63,124 nucleotides of DNA from Candidatus Caccoplasma merdipullorum (GTDB lineage: Bacteria; Bacteroidota; Bacteroidia; Bacteroidales; G3-4614), in contig JADIMW010000076.1 of NCBI GenBank assembly GCA_017694415.1, positions 1 to 63,124 of the forward strand, in the 5' to 3' direction. Below the pieces are notes generated by a model that ran no database searches, had not been told where the DNA came from, and saw nothing but the letters and a program-made list of their open reading frames with translations. Of this stretch, positions 1 through 14,315 are shown in pieces (position 1 is the first letter of the stretch; the number at the start of each line of letters is the position of its first letter). The translations under genes and the position numbers were made by a program.

Positions 1-326
1 AGAAACTCCTTGTATTCCTTGCACCCTTCTTCTGTGAACTTGGACTTTATTTTATCTGATTCAAAGTCTATGATTTCCTGCGGTGACGCACCGAATATCG
101 TATCGTCACCGTTTTCTTCGTTCTGCTCACCAGTCAGTACCACTTTGGGCAGAAAGAAAACTACATCTTTTGCCGCTTTGCTATAACAATACCCTACATA
201 CCCAAAAGCGTATCTATTTTCCTTGGCAGGAACGGACACTACATCTTTGAGCACATCTCTGACGGTCAGTCCATCCCTGACCATATCATCCAAACTATAC
301 GGGTATCCTTCGATGAACAGCAGCAT
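1..326 (-). CDS. Partial CDS (N-terminal ~108 aa; continues off the window), putative McrC/LlaJI.R2-like nuclease partner of the upstream McrB-family GTPase
   Basis: Open frame on the minus strand with its ATG at 324-326, 3 nt after the stop of the 329-2392 gene. My translation begins MLLFIEGYPYSLDDMVRDGLTVRDVLKD... The function is inferred only from its position directly downstream of a McrB-like gene. Confidence 0.4.
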   Translation of the reverse strand, partial: MLLFIEGYPYSLDDMVRDGLTVRDVLKDVVSVPAKENRYAFGYVGYCYSKAAKDVVFFLPKVVLTGEQNEENGDDTIFGASPQEIIDFESDKIKSKFTEEGCKEYKEF

Positions 327-328
327 AA

Positions 329-2392
329 TTACAATTCTTGAATATCAATTCCCCATTCTGGTCTAGATTTGATTTTGGAAAGAAAATCAGAAAAACTTTT
401 ACGTTGTTTGCCATCTCCTACTTGTGTAGATACATGTAGCGATTCGCCGTTAGGTAATTTTATTTCTTTGGATCTTCCCTCTGCGTTAGGGTCACTTGAG
501 TTATGTATACGTTGTTCTCGATCTTCGTCTGTCTCTACTATATGAGGAATTATAAAATTCTCAGACATCCAAACATCTCGTATATGAGCTGCAGTGTCTT
601 GGGCATGATTATTGCAATAAATCTCGACAGCACGTTTTACTAATGCACCCTTCCCCCATGCTTTACCTTTTTCATCTGTTTCCTCTCCATTAATAGAATA
701 TCGGACAGAAGAGGTACTGTTATCATCGTCTTCAGACATATCATCCTCATTATCTTCCGTACCGTTCTCATCAATAGGCTTCAATCCCAGTTTGTCCATC
801 ATTGAAACAATGAGCCGCTTGCTGTCTTCATCATACAATTTGGAAAAAGAGAAGTCCTCATCTGTGGGGAATATGTCAGCATCACCGTCCTTGCATACAT
901 CATTCCACAAATAGAACAATATTTTGTTCCTGAATAAGTTATAGGAAATGATTCTTGTTGGCGGATTTACAAAATAATCGCCCAGCATCTTGTCTTCAGA
1001 ACCCGTATCTTTTAAGATACGGGCATTTACTTCTTTTTGGAAATCGCTCCATCTGTATTTCAAACCGTCAACATCAATCACCCAATCCGTGTTCTTGTAC
1101 TTAATCGGCTCATACTCCCAGTCCCAACGACGCTTGAACGCACTGTCAATCGGAAACAGGGACTGGTCGGAAGTATTCATAGTGGCATAGATATAAAGAT
1201 TGGACGGCAGACACAGTTCCCCGTCCTTTAGGCCTTCTTTGCCTTCTTCACTAAGTTCATCTTCCAAGAATGCCTTTAAATCAGCATCTGCCTTGATCGT
1301 ATATTCAGATTTGCCGTTTTCGTCCCTATCAAGAAGTTGAAACAAGTCACCAAAAATCTGTGCACAGTTCCCCCTGTTTATCTCCTCAATGATCAAATAG
1401 ACATTTTCATTCGGTTTCCTATATGCTTGCATATAGGCATTTATAAACGCTTGAGGTATGAATTTATAAGTAATTATATCTTCATCCAAATCATCTTTCC
1501 CATCATTCAACCTGACTGTAAGACCTCCGTTAAGTCCATAAAGCGGTTTCTTTGCTTTTGTCGGCTTATATGCCCCGACAAAGGTGGAATAATCACTATC
1601 CGGATGGAAAGTCGTTCTAAAAATGTTTTCTTTCGATACACCTTCCAATTGCTTCTTTATTCTGTGGGATTTTCCCGTTCCAGGAGCACCATAATAAATT
1701 ATTTGGCGAGACACAAAATCATCCAACTGTTTACTACATTCCATTTTAGAAGGATATAAATACTCTAAATCAGTACGAGAAACAAGCAAACATTTCATAC
1801 TATCCATGCCTGCATATAAAGTTTGTATAAAAGGTGCTCGTGATAATTCTGAAGCTTTCGCTTTTACTGAATATCCTCCTTCAAATGTCAAAGTGCTATA
1901 TGTTAAATGTAATTCGTTTTTTAATGAAGTTCTATCAACCTTATTATCAGAATAGTCTATTTGAATAACGCTCTTATCAAACCAATCATTGACATTCTCT
2001 AAGGACAAGTGAAAATCTTCAATAAACAGTTTTAATAAGTTTTCATTTGTTGGTTTCTCGACAAACCCTTCAAATTTATATATAAAAACAATGAGAGCAT
2101 ACAATTTAGGATTTGCAGAAAACATTGTGTCTGAAACATATTCAGACCAACCATTTGCAAATCGAACATAAAGTGTAGACTCTGATTCAACTGGAGCAAC
2201 GTCTTCTAACATCATTATGTCATTAAGCCAATCTCCAATAAATGAATCTTTTATTTTATAAGTTTCATTCGTCCGTAAGCCATCCGTTTTTATGCTTCTA
2301 AGTATTGATAATAGTCCAATAAATTTACTTGGAATATTATTCTTTAGCATTTCAATTGAATTAACTATTGTTTGTTTGGAAAAGTAATACAT
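329..2392 (-). CDS. McrB-family AAA+ (AAA_5) GTPase, restriction-system subunit (LlaJI.R1 / McrB-like) with unknown N- and C-terminal domains
   Basis: Walker A is YYGAPGTGKSH and the Walker B-like segment is YLIIEEINRGN. The McrB signature is ATMNTSDQS, followed by FKRRWDW. It is tightly linked to a C5-MTase gene. Confidence 0.8.
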   Translation of the reverse strand: MYYFSKQTIVNSIEMLKNNIPSKFIGLLSILRSIKTDGLRTNETYKIKDSFIGDWLNDIMMLEDVAPVESESTLYVRFANGWSEYVSDTMFSANPKLYALIVFIYKFEGFVEKPTNENLLKLFIEDFHLSLENVNDWFDKSVIQIDYSDNKVDRTSLKNELHLTYSTLTFEGGYSVKAKASELSRAPFIQTLYAGMDSMKCLLVSRTDLEYLYPSKMECSKQLDDFVSRQIIYYGAPGTGKSHRIKKQLEGVSKENIFRTTFHPDSDYSTFVGAYKPTKAKKPLYGLNGGLTVRLNDGKDDLDEDIITYKFIPQAFINAYMQAYRKPNENVYLIIEEINRGNCAQIFGDLFQLLDRDENGKSEYTIKADADLKAFLEDELSEEGKEGLKDGELCLPSNLYIYATMNTSDQSLFPIDSAFKRRWDWEYEPIKYKNTDWVIDVDGLKYRWSDFQKEVNARILKDTGSEDKMLGDYFVNPPTRIISYNLFRNKILFYLWNDVCKDGDADIFPTDEDFSFSKLYDEDSKRLIVSMMDKLGLKPIDENGTEDNEDDMSEDDDNSTSSVRYSINGEETDEKGKAWGKGALVKRAVEIYCNNHAQDTAAHIRDVWMSENFIIPHIVETDEDREQRIHNSSDPNAEGRSKEIKLPNGESLHVSTQVGDGKQRKSFSDFLSKIKSRPEWGIDIQEL

Positions 2393-2400
2393 ACCTACAT

Positions 2401-3438
2401 TTATTTAGATTGTTCATATGCTGCAATCATGGATTTCATAATTGCTTTTATTATTGGCACACTGACTGAGTTTCCCAATTGTTTGTATGCTTGATTGTCA
2501 GAAACAGGCATTATAAAATCATCTGGAAATCCCTGTAATCTTTTAGCTTCCAAGACAGAAAGTTTCCTTTCTAAATCCCAAAGTTTTGGAGTGCGACCTG
2601 CTATTATTGTTGGAGCATACGTATCCAAGCAAGCATAAAATGCCTCTTGTATCTGAGTTTTGGCAATATCCCCTACATGAAACCTAAGAGAACCGTCCGG
2701 CTTTTGATAAGAGAACACACCGTATTTACCTTTCTTTGTATTAGGAGCATACTTGGAATTATCATGCTGCACTCTCTCCTGCTCAGAACAATGAGCAAAA
2801 TGAAACTTAATCCTGTCTATCTCAAATTTAGTAAGTTTCAAATTGGCTGAATGATCATTTACATCAACAATGTCTCTTAATACCGGATTTCCACCTAGTG
2901 GTTTAGGAAACACATATTGAATCGGTTTATCAAAAGCGACACAATACCATCTTTCTCTTTTTTGCGGCAAGCCGAAATCTAAAGAACTTAAAACAGTCCA
3001 ATATGGATAATAACCCAATTCTTTTAAATTAGAAAGAATTGTATTCAATGTTTGTCCATTTTTATGAGAAACCAACCCCTTTACATTTTCTAGAAATATC
3101 ATTTTAGGATGATGATATGAAACTATTCTACATATATCGAAAAATAAAGTACCTCTCGTTTGGTCTTCAAATCCTTGACATAGGCCGGCATAACTAAACG
3201 GCTGACAAGGGAATCCTGCAGTCAGTATGTCAAAAGTGGGAATGCTTTCCGCATCTATTTTAGTTATATCTCCTTTGGGGATCTCATTAAAATTAGCATT
3301 ATATGTTTCTTGTGCAAATCTATCTATGTCAGATGAAAAAACACATTGAACATTATTAGCTTCCATTGCAAGTCTAAATCCACCTATACCACAAAACAAA
3401 TCTATTCCTTTATATTTCATTTTCTTCATCTTGTTCAT
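2401..3438 (-). CDS. DNA (cytosine-5)-methyltransferase
   Basis: Canonical C5-MTase motifs are present: DLFCGIGG (I), GFPCQPFS (IV), ENVKGL (VI), QKRERW (VIII) and GNSVSVPI (X). Confidence 0.93.
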   Translation of the reverse strand: MNKMKKMKYKGIDLFCGIGGFRLAMEANNVQCVFSSDIDRFAQETYNANFNEIPKGDITKIDAESIPTFDILTAGFPCQPFSYAGLCQGFEDQTRGTLFFDICRIVSYHHPKMIFLENVKGLVSHKNGQTLNTILSNLKELGYYPYWTVLSSLDFGLPQKRERWYCVAFDKPIQYVFPKPLGGNPVLRDIVDVNDHSANLKLTKFEIDRIKFHFAHCSEQERVQHDNSKYAPNTKKGKYGVFSYQKPDGSLRFHVGDIAKTQIQEAFYACLDTYAPTIIAGRTPKLWDLERKLSVLEAKRLQGFPDDFIMPVSDNQAYKQLGNSVSVPIIKAIMKSMIAAYEQSK

Positions 3439-3462
3439 CCCTCTACTAGCAACACATCTGAT

Positions 3463-3672
3463 TTATTCATAAGGTTCATACAAATCTTTCAATTCACACT
3501 GCAGCACCCTTGAAATTTCAATCAATTGCGGAGCACTAGGTTGTGTAGTATTAGTACACCACCGGCTTATTGTCATCTTTGATACCCCAAGCTGTTCAGC
3601 TAAATAAGTGTTTGTAACCATTTTCTCAGCCAGAATCACCCGAATACGATTTTTATACTCTTTCTTTTCCAT
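3463..3672 (-). CDS. XRE-family helix-turn-helix protein, likely the controller (C) protein of the adjacent R-M module
   Basis: The HTH segment is TNTYLAEQLGVSKMTISRWCTN. I chose the internal ATG at 3670-3672 (MEKKEYKNRI...) over the longer 104-aa ORF. It lies directly upstream of the MTase on the same strand. Confidence 0.7.
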   Translation of the reverse strand: MEKKEYKNRIRVILAEKMVTNTYLAEQLGVSKMTISRWCTNTTQPSAPQLIEISRVLQCELKDLYEPYE

Positions 3673-3748
3673 AGAAGACCTTTCTACATTCGTGTGCAAA
3701 AATACACATAAATGTGGAAAGAGGCAAGTGAAATGAGAGTTGCATATA

Positions 3749-4543
3749 CTACTTTCTTTTATAACTTTTCCTTCCATTCTGTCTGTTTACTATCCCAACA
3801 GCAAACATCAGGCACCTCCGTTTATACTCATCTTCCTCTTCATCCGGTCTGCGACCATCCCAACGAAGGTCTGAGTCGGAATTACCACCACCGCCTCCGG
3901 AAGAAACAGGTATCGGTTGCCCACTGATGAGCGCATCGGCTATTGCAAAAATCATATTGCGAACTGAAGGTATAGCCAACTGGCCGAGCAATGATTCAGT
4001 TCTGACTCCAAATTTTCGTTTGTGTCTGAAAGAGTTTTATTCTCCCGTCTTAACTGATAAAGTTCACCGTAATCCGCTAGAACATTATTCTGGGCAGTTT
4101 CAACCTGTCGGGCTGCATCATTTCTGTATAGGGATTCTATCTTCCGGACAATTTCGGTAAACTGCTTGGAGATAGACCGATTCTGACGCTCAATCCATTT
4201 GTCCGTACCGAACAATGGTACTTTCTCTGTAATTTGCGGTGGTGTGAAATCAACTTTGTGGTTACGAAATGGCTGTATAACAGAACGAGCCTTCGCCGCA
4301 TCCTTTGTCAATTGTTCCACTTCCTGCTCCTTTTCTTGAAGCTTACATGCCTTGTCTTCAAGCTTCATCCGGTTTTCTTCCGTCCCATCGAAGATCGGAG
4401 TCGGAATTACCATCACCTTCGCCGGATGAGACAGCGACAGGCTGTCCGCCTATCAAAGCATTTGTAAGGGAAAATATTGAGGGGTTTGATTTTAGCGACC
4501 TTTTTATTTGTTTTTGAGTCAATGTTTTTGATTCACAACCCAC
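3749..4543 (-). pseudogene. Frameshifted remnant(s) of a gene of unknown family, possibly mobilisation-related, containing a duplicated GQP(V/I)xVSSGxGxGNSDSDLRWDGR(K/R)PDE segment around a coiled-coil stretch
   Basis: Three overlapping minus-strand ORFs in three different frames (4358-4543, 3952-4416, 3749-3991). The first and third end or begin with near-identical peptide motifs. The underlying DNA at about 4371-4470 and 3841-3940 is visibly similar. Confidence 0.45.
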
Positions 4544-4561
4544 ACCTCAAAGCCCATAAAG

Positions 4562-4606
4562 CACCGGCGCGACAAACAAATTTTCGTTGTTTGTCGCGCC
4601 GGGGTG
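4562..4606 (-). terminator. Strong hairpin downstream of the DUF2795 gene; also the apparent right edge of the AT-rich island
   Basis: Perfect 16-bp inverted repeat ccggcgcgacaaacaa / ttgtttgtcgcgccgg (4564-4579 and 4587-4602) with a 7-nt loop. It lies about 30 nt after the minus-strand stop at 4634. Confidence 0.6.
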
Positions 4607-4633
4607 GTTTGAATGTTCTATTATTCGAAGGGG

Positions 4634-4855
4634 TCAATACTCTTCTTCGTTGAAGAAGAAGTCTTCTTTGGTGGGGTAGTCGGGCCAGATGTCTTCTATG
4701 CACTCGTATATTTCGCCTTCGTCTTCTATTTCCTGTAAGTTTTCTATTACTTCCAACGGTGCTCCCGACCGCATTGCGTAATCTATCAACTCGTCTTTTG
4801 TTGCCGGCCACGGCGCGTCTTCGAGCTTCGAGGCCAATTCTAATGTCCAATACAT
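4634..4855 (-). CDS. DUF2795 domain-containing small protein
   Basis: 73 aa. The segment WPATKDELIDYAMRSGAPLEVIENL is typical of DUF2795. Confidence 0.7.
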   Translation of the reverse strand: MYWTLELASKLEDAPWPATKDELIDYAMRSGAPLEVIENLQEIEDEGEIYECIEDIWPDYPTKEDFFFNEEEY

Positions 4856-5127
4856 ATCTTATATCTTTTTTTGTCCGTCCCGGGAGTTTTTTCTCCTCGA
4901 ACGATACATGATATTATTACAAATTTCTCGCGAATGTAGGATAAATTTTTTATATTCTCAACTGGTTGGCAATTAAAATTACTAAATGTATTATCCTGTT
5001 TGACATTTACTTGATTGCCAGCATATTATTTTAATCGTCCGCGTCGTTTCGCCGCCCGTTTTTTGTTTTATTTACCGTTTGGCTAAACCGGTTTGTTCTT
5101 CGGCTGTTAATAGTGGCGGCCGTTTGT

Positions 5128-5667
5128 TTATTCGCCCCAATATGTTTCCGTGTTGCCTGCTGATATGTTGCAATGCCGAGAGAGGACGAAGAAGTAGTCG
5201 GATAACCTGTTTATGAATGCTGTTTCTTCGGCATCGACTTTGCTTTGCTCGGCGAGACGGCAGATGTTCCGTTCTGCTCGGCGGGCTACTGTCCGGCAGA
5301 TATGTGCCTTGCAGGCTGCGGGTGTTCCTCCCGGCAGTATGAATTTGCTGTGCTTGGGCAGGGTTGTTTCTATCGTGTCTATGCGTTTCTCGATTTTTTC
5401 GATGTCTTCGGGGGTTATTCCCGGCAGTTTTATATTGCTTTCTTCTTCGCAGGCGAGTTTTGACCCTACTACGAAGAGTTTGTTTTGTATAAAAATCAAG
5501 AGTTTTTTGTCTTCTGCATCGGTTATTTCGTTTATGAGGTCGCCGATAAAGGCATTGAGTTCATCAACTGTTCCGTAGGCTTCTAACCGCACATCGCTTT
5601 TCGGGACTCTTTTGCCTCCTACTAATGATGTGGTTCCGGCATCGCCGGTCTTGGTGTATATTTTCAT
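5128..5667 (-). CDS. pduO: Cob(I)yrinic acid a,c-diamide / cob(I)alamin adenosyltransferase, PduO type
   Basis: The N-terminus MKIYTKTGDAGTTSLVGGKRVPKSDVRLEAYGTVDELN is the hallmark of PduO/MMAB-type adenosyltransferases. The 179-aa length also fits. Confidence 0.88.
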   Translation of the reverse strand: MKIYTKTGDAGTTSLVGGKRVPKSDVRLEAYGTVDELNAFIGDLINEITDAEDKKLLIFIQNKLFVVGSKLACEEESNIKLPGITPEDIEKIEKRIDTIETTLPKHSKFILPGGTPAACKAHICRTVARRAERNICRLAEQSKVDAEETAFINRLSDYFFVLSRHCNISAGNTETYWGE

Positions 5668-5677
5668 ATCTTTTCTT

Positions 5678-6385
5678 CTAAAATGATTCTTTGTAGCGTT
5701 CTTTGTTCAGTTTGGGGGATGCTATGAAGAGTGCGGTATCGTACATGTCCATAAAGACTTTTATTTTTTCGTGTTTTGCCATCTTGTTAAACAAACGGTA
5801 TATCTCTTCGGTTTTGTGCATGCCTTCTCCCATGATAATCGTATTGTCGGATATGCAGTGCTCTATGGATGTAAAGATTTTCTCGTATTCTTCTGCGCGG
5901 TCTTGTTCTCTTATATATATGAATTCCGGCGGATTTGTGTTTTGGTAACTTGCGGATATTTCCTCGATATATCCGCTGCTGTGTATTTCGATATTGTCGT
6001 GCTGCGGCAGGTATGCACGCCGACGGTCGTCGGCCTCGACTGTTTTTATTTGTGCTTCGGGTGCAGCAAGTATTATGGCTGTTGTGGAGATTCCGTATGA
6101 TGTCCCGCATTCTAATATGCTGCGGGGTTTGAACTTGTTTATTATCCTGAACAGTAATTTGGCGGTTTTAAGCGGCATAAGGGAATGTCGCTGTTTGCCT
6201 GTCAGCGCGGTTTTTACGGTTTCTCTTTTTTCTTCTATTTTGTCGTATGCATAATAGGCTGCGTCTTCTTCTATTACCCGTGTTATCAACGTATATACAA
6301 ACGGGGAATGTACTCCGTATCCTTTACGGTGCGATATTCGCCTGTATCCTTTTACGCAATATTTCTTTACCGAGGTTATCGACAT
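5678..6385 (-). CDS. Class I SAM-dependent methyltransferase (O-methyltransferase-like)
   Basis: SAM-binding motif I-like segment ILECGTSYGISTTAIILA; 235 aa. Confidence 0.6.
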   Translation of the reverse strand: MSITSVKKYCVKGYRRISHRKGYGVHSPFVYTLITRVIEEDAAYYAYDKIEEKRETVKTALTGKQRHSLMPLKTAKLLFRIINKFKPRSILECGTSYGISTTAIILAAPEAQIKTVEADDRRRAYLPQHDNIEIHSSGYIEEISASYQNTNPPEFIYIREQDRAEEYEKIFTSIEHCISDNTIIMGEGMHKTEEIYRLFNKMAKHEKIKVFMDMYDTALFIASPKLNKERYKESF

Positions 6386-6832
6386 TGTCTTTGTTTTTCT
6401 TTCAGCAAAGATAAAAATTTACGGTTAATTCGCTTCTTTTATTTTTAATTTCGGTTTTCGTTTTACTAGTGATTTATATAGGGAGGTTCTTCGATGTATG
6501 GTTTTGTCCGTTTTTTATTTTGCACTTTGGGGGATTTGCGTTATATGCCCGATGTTGTTTTATTGGTCTTTATAATAAGGCTGACCGGCTCTCACGAGTC
6601 GGTCAGTCCAAACTTGAAATATATCAAAAACAAGAAAGAGGATAACTTTATATATTGTTTTTATTGCTTTTCATTATTATAACACGGTTGGTAAGGCGTT
6701 TGTTCGGGATGTCGGTATTTTTTTATTTTTATTGTTCTTTTGGGTGATTTGTTTTCTTTATAACACCGGTGTTTTTGTTTTGTTTTCGGGAATCTTGATT
6801 TTATAGTTTTTCGGACAGGGTTTTTCTTCTGA

Positions 6833-6871
6833 TATAAAAAAATCCGCTTCGGTTTTATTCCGAAACGGATT
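6833..6871 (-). terminator. Rho-independent terminator of the GH2 gene
   Basis: On the minus strand there is a 12-bp stem, aauccguuucgg / ccgaagcggauu (one G-U pair), with a 7-nt loop, followed by a U-run. Confidence 0.7.
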
Positions 6872-6913
6872 CTTTTGTCTGGAGCCAAAGGGTTTTTGCC
6901 CTTTTCGGTTGTG

Positions 6914-11800
<4,887 letters not shown>

Positions 11801-11889
11801 TCAAAACGGCAGCTTTTACACGCATTCATGACTTTTGTACCGGAAGGCAAAACGAAAGGGTCTGCCTTCCCGGGAAACGGAGGAAAAGA

Positions 11890-12633
11890 CTACCCGGCAT
11901 TGCGTTGCCGCACCACTTCGTACAGCAGGATTCCCGTTGCCACCGATACGTTGAGCGAAGCTATCTTGCCGAACTGCGGCATTGACACTGCCACATCGGA
12001 TATTGCCGACAGGGTTGCCGATACTCCTTTGTCCTCTGCGCCCATTATTATTGCGGTGGGGAGTGTCATATCGGCTTTTGTGTAATTTGTCGAGGCTTTC
12101 TCGGATGCTGTTACTATCTGCAACCCGCACGATTTCATGTATTTTACGGCATCTTCCAACGATTTCGGACGGCACACCGGCAGGGTCAGTAACGCCCCTG
12201 CTGAAGTTTTTACGGCGTCGGCCGTTACCGTTACGCTTCCGCGCGACGGGATGACAACTGCATGTACTCCCGCACATTCGGCCGTACGTGCTATGGCTCC
12301 GAAATTACGGACATCGGTGATATGGTCGAGGACTACGATAAACGGCGTTTCGCCTCTGTCGTAAACCGATGCTATTATCTCTTCTATCGGCTGATAGTTT
12401 ACCGGCGATATGTATGCTATTACGCCCTGATGATTTTTACGGGTTATCGCATTGAGCTTCTCCACGGGTACGCGCTGGGGACGGATTCCGTTGTCTTTAA
12501 GAACGGCAAAGAGCTCGCCTGCTAATTCACCTGAAAAATCGCGCTTCAACAGAACTCTGTCAATCTCTTTTCCTGCTTCTACGGCTTCTATTACGGCTCG
12601 GATTCCGAACACCATGTCTTCTCGTTTTGTCAT
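11890..12633 (-). CDS. rlmB: 23S rRNA (guanosine-2'-O)-methyltransferase, SpoU/TrmH family (RlmB)
   Basis: 247 aa with an N-terminal substrate-binding domain (GIRAVIEAVEAGKEIDRV). The SpoU C-terminal knot motifs are MGAEDKGVS and IPQFGKIASLNVSVATGI. Confidence 0.85.
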   Translation of the reverse strand: MTKREDMVFGIRAVIEAVEAGKEIDRVLLKRDFSGELAGELFAVLKDNGIRPQRVPVEKLNAITRKNHQGVIAYISPVNYQPIEEIIASVYDRGETPFIVVLDHITDVRNFGAIARTAECAGVHAVVIPSRGSVTVTADAVKTSAGALLTLPVCRPKSLEDAVKYMKSCGLQIVTASEKASTNYTKADMTLPTAIIMGAEDKGVSATLSAISDVAVSMPQFGKIASLNVSVATGILLYEVVRQRNAG

Positions 12634-12643
12634 ATTTTTATTG

Positions 12644-14302
12644 TCAATGCTTTTCGGTGAGTAATTCTCCTGCGTGTTTTATTGCTGCTTCGGTAAGGAC
12701 AGGCCCGCTCATCATCCGAGCAATCTCTTCTACCCTCTGCCTGTGGTCGAGCGGCAGGATGTTTACGGTTACCGTTTCGCTTTCTTCGTCTTTTTCCACT
12801 TTGTAGTGCGTGTCGCCTTTCGATGCTACTTGCGGCAGGTGGGTTATTACTATTACCTGTCTCCCCGCCGACATGGCCTCCATTATTCCGCCTACACGTC
12901 CTGCCGTTTCGCCCGATATTCCCGTATCTATTTCGTCGAACAGTATGGCCGGCATACCGTGAACGGCTGCTATCATTGCTTTTATACAGAGCATCAAACG
13001 TGATATTTCACCGCCGGATGCGCTTGCCGCTACCGGCGAAAGAGGCATGTTCTTGTTGGCTGAGAAACAGAATACGGCTTGTTCTGTTCCGTTCTTGTCG
13101 GGTTCGGGCATCGGCTGCCATTCTACGCTGAAACGGATATTGGGCATTGCCAACGGCCGCACCATCTCTTCGAGTTTTTTTGAGAACCGCGCGGCTGCTT
13201 CTCTCCGTTTTTTCCGCAACTGTTCGGCGGCACTGTTCATCTGCTCTGCTGCCTTTTGCTTTTCTTTTTGCAGGCGTTCAATCTCTTCTCCGCTGTCGGC
13301 TATCGTGTCGAGCTGTTTCTTTGTCTCGTCGCGCAATGTTATCAGCTGGGATATGTTTTCTTTTGAATAGCGTTTTTTCAACGCGTATATCTGCGAGAGC
13401 CGCTCTTCTACCTGTTCGAGGCGCGCGGGGTCGCAGTTTATCCGTTCTTGTTTGTCGAACAGCTCCGAGGCTATGTCCTTGGCTTCGATATAGAGTTGTT
13501 CTGCTCTTTCTGCAAGTTCCGCTATTTTTATCTTGCTTTCTACGGAACGGAGTTCTGCCAGCGCGCCTCGGATATTTGTCAATGCTCCGCCGTTTTCTTC
13601 GTCGAGTTTTGTTACTGCCGTATATAATGCGTATTTTATCTCTTCGGCGTGTGCAAGTTCGGTTTGTTCTTCTTCCAACTGCTCTTCTTCGTCTTCTTGC
13701 AGGTTGGCCTGAGATAACTGTTCATATACGTATTTGAGGTATTCTTCTTCGGCATCGCCGCGTTTTTTACGGGATTCGGCTTCGGCCAACTGCCGTTCTT
13801 TTTCGCGATATGCTGCGTATGCGGTATGGTATGCCGACAATTCGGCTTCGTCACCCGAATAGAGGTCGATTGCATCCAACTGGAAAGTGTTGTCGGCAAG
13901 AAGCAGGTTTTGGTGCTGGGAGTGTATGTCTATAAGGCGTTCGCCTATTTTCCGCAATACCGATATGTTTGTCGGGGTGTCGTTTATAAAGGCGCGGGTT
14001 TTGCCGTTTGCTGTTATTTCCCTGCGTATTACGGCTTCGTCGTCATAGTCTATGTCGTATTCTTCGAACAGGGATTCGAGTGCGCATCCCGTTATATCGA
14101 AGCATCCTTCTATTATGCACTTGTCTGCCCCGGGTCGAATGACTTTGGTGTCGGTTCTTGCTCCGCACAGTATGTTCAACGCTCCTACCAATATGGATTT
14201 TCCTGCTCCGGTTTCTCCTGTTATTACGGTCATGCCGGATCGGAAATCGATGGTGAGTTCGTCGATAAGTATATATTTTCTTATTGTTAGGCTTTTTATC
14301 AT
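12644..14302 (-). CDS. recN: DNA repair protein RecN
   Basis: N-terminal Walker A is ITGETGAGKSIL, followed by a long coiled-coil middle. The C-terminal SMC signature is SGGEISRLMLCIK with Walker B ILFDEIDTGISG. Confidence 0.95.
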   Translation of the reverse strand: MIKSLTIRKYILIDELTIDFRSGMTVITGETGAGKSILVGALNILCGARTDTKVIRPGADKCIIEGCFDITGCALESLFEEYDIDYDDEAVIRREITANGKTRAFINDTPTNISVLRKIGERLIDIHSQHQNLLLADNTFQLDAIDLYSGDEAELSAYHTAYAAYREKERQLAEAESRKKRGDAEEEYLKYVYEQLSQANLQEDEEEQLEEEQTELAHAEEIKYALYTAVTKLDEENGGALTNIRGALAELRSVESKIKIAELAERAEQLYIEAKDIASELFDKQERINCDPARLEQVEERLSQIYALKKRYSKENISQLITLRDETKKQLDTIADSGEEIERLQKEKQKAAEQMNSAAEQLRKKRREAAARFSKKLEEMVRPLAMPNIRFSVEWQPMPEPDKNGTEQAVFCFSANKNMPLSPVAASASGGEISRLMLCIKAMIAAVHGMPAILFDEIDTGISGETAGRVGGIMEAMSAGRQVIVITHLPQVASKGDTHYKVEKDEESETVTVNILPLDHRQRVEEIARMMSGPVLTEAAIKHAGELLTEKH

Positions 14303-14315
14303 GCTTGTCCGTTTT

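Noticed and set aside
4533-4850. 105-aa Arg-rich ORF
   Set aside because: It is an off-frame overlap of the DUF2795 gene with R-rich low-complexity composition.
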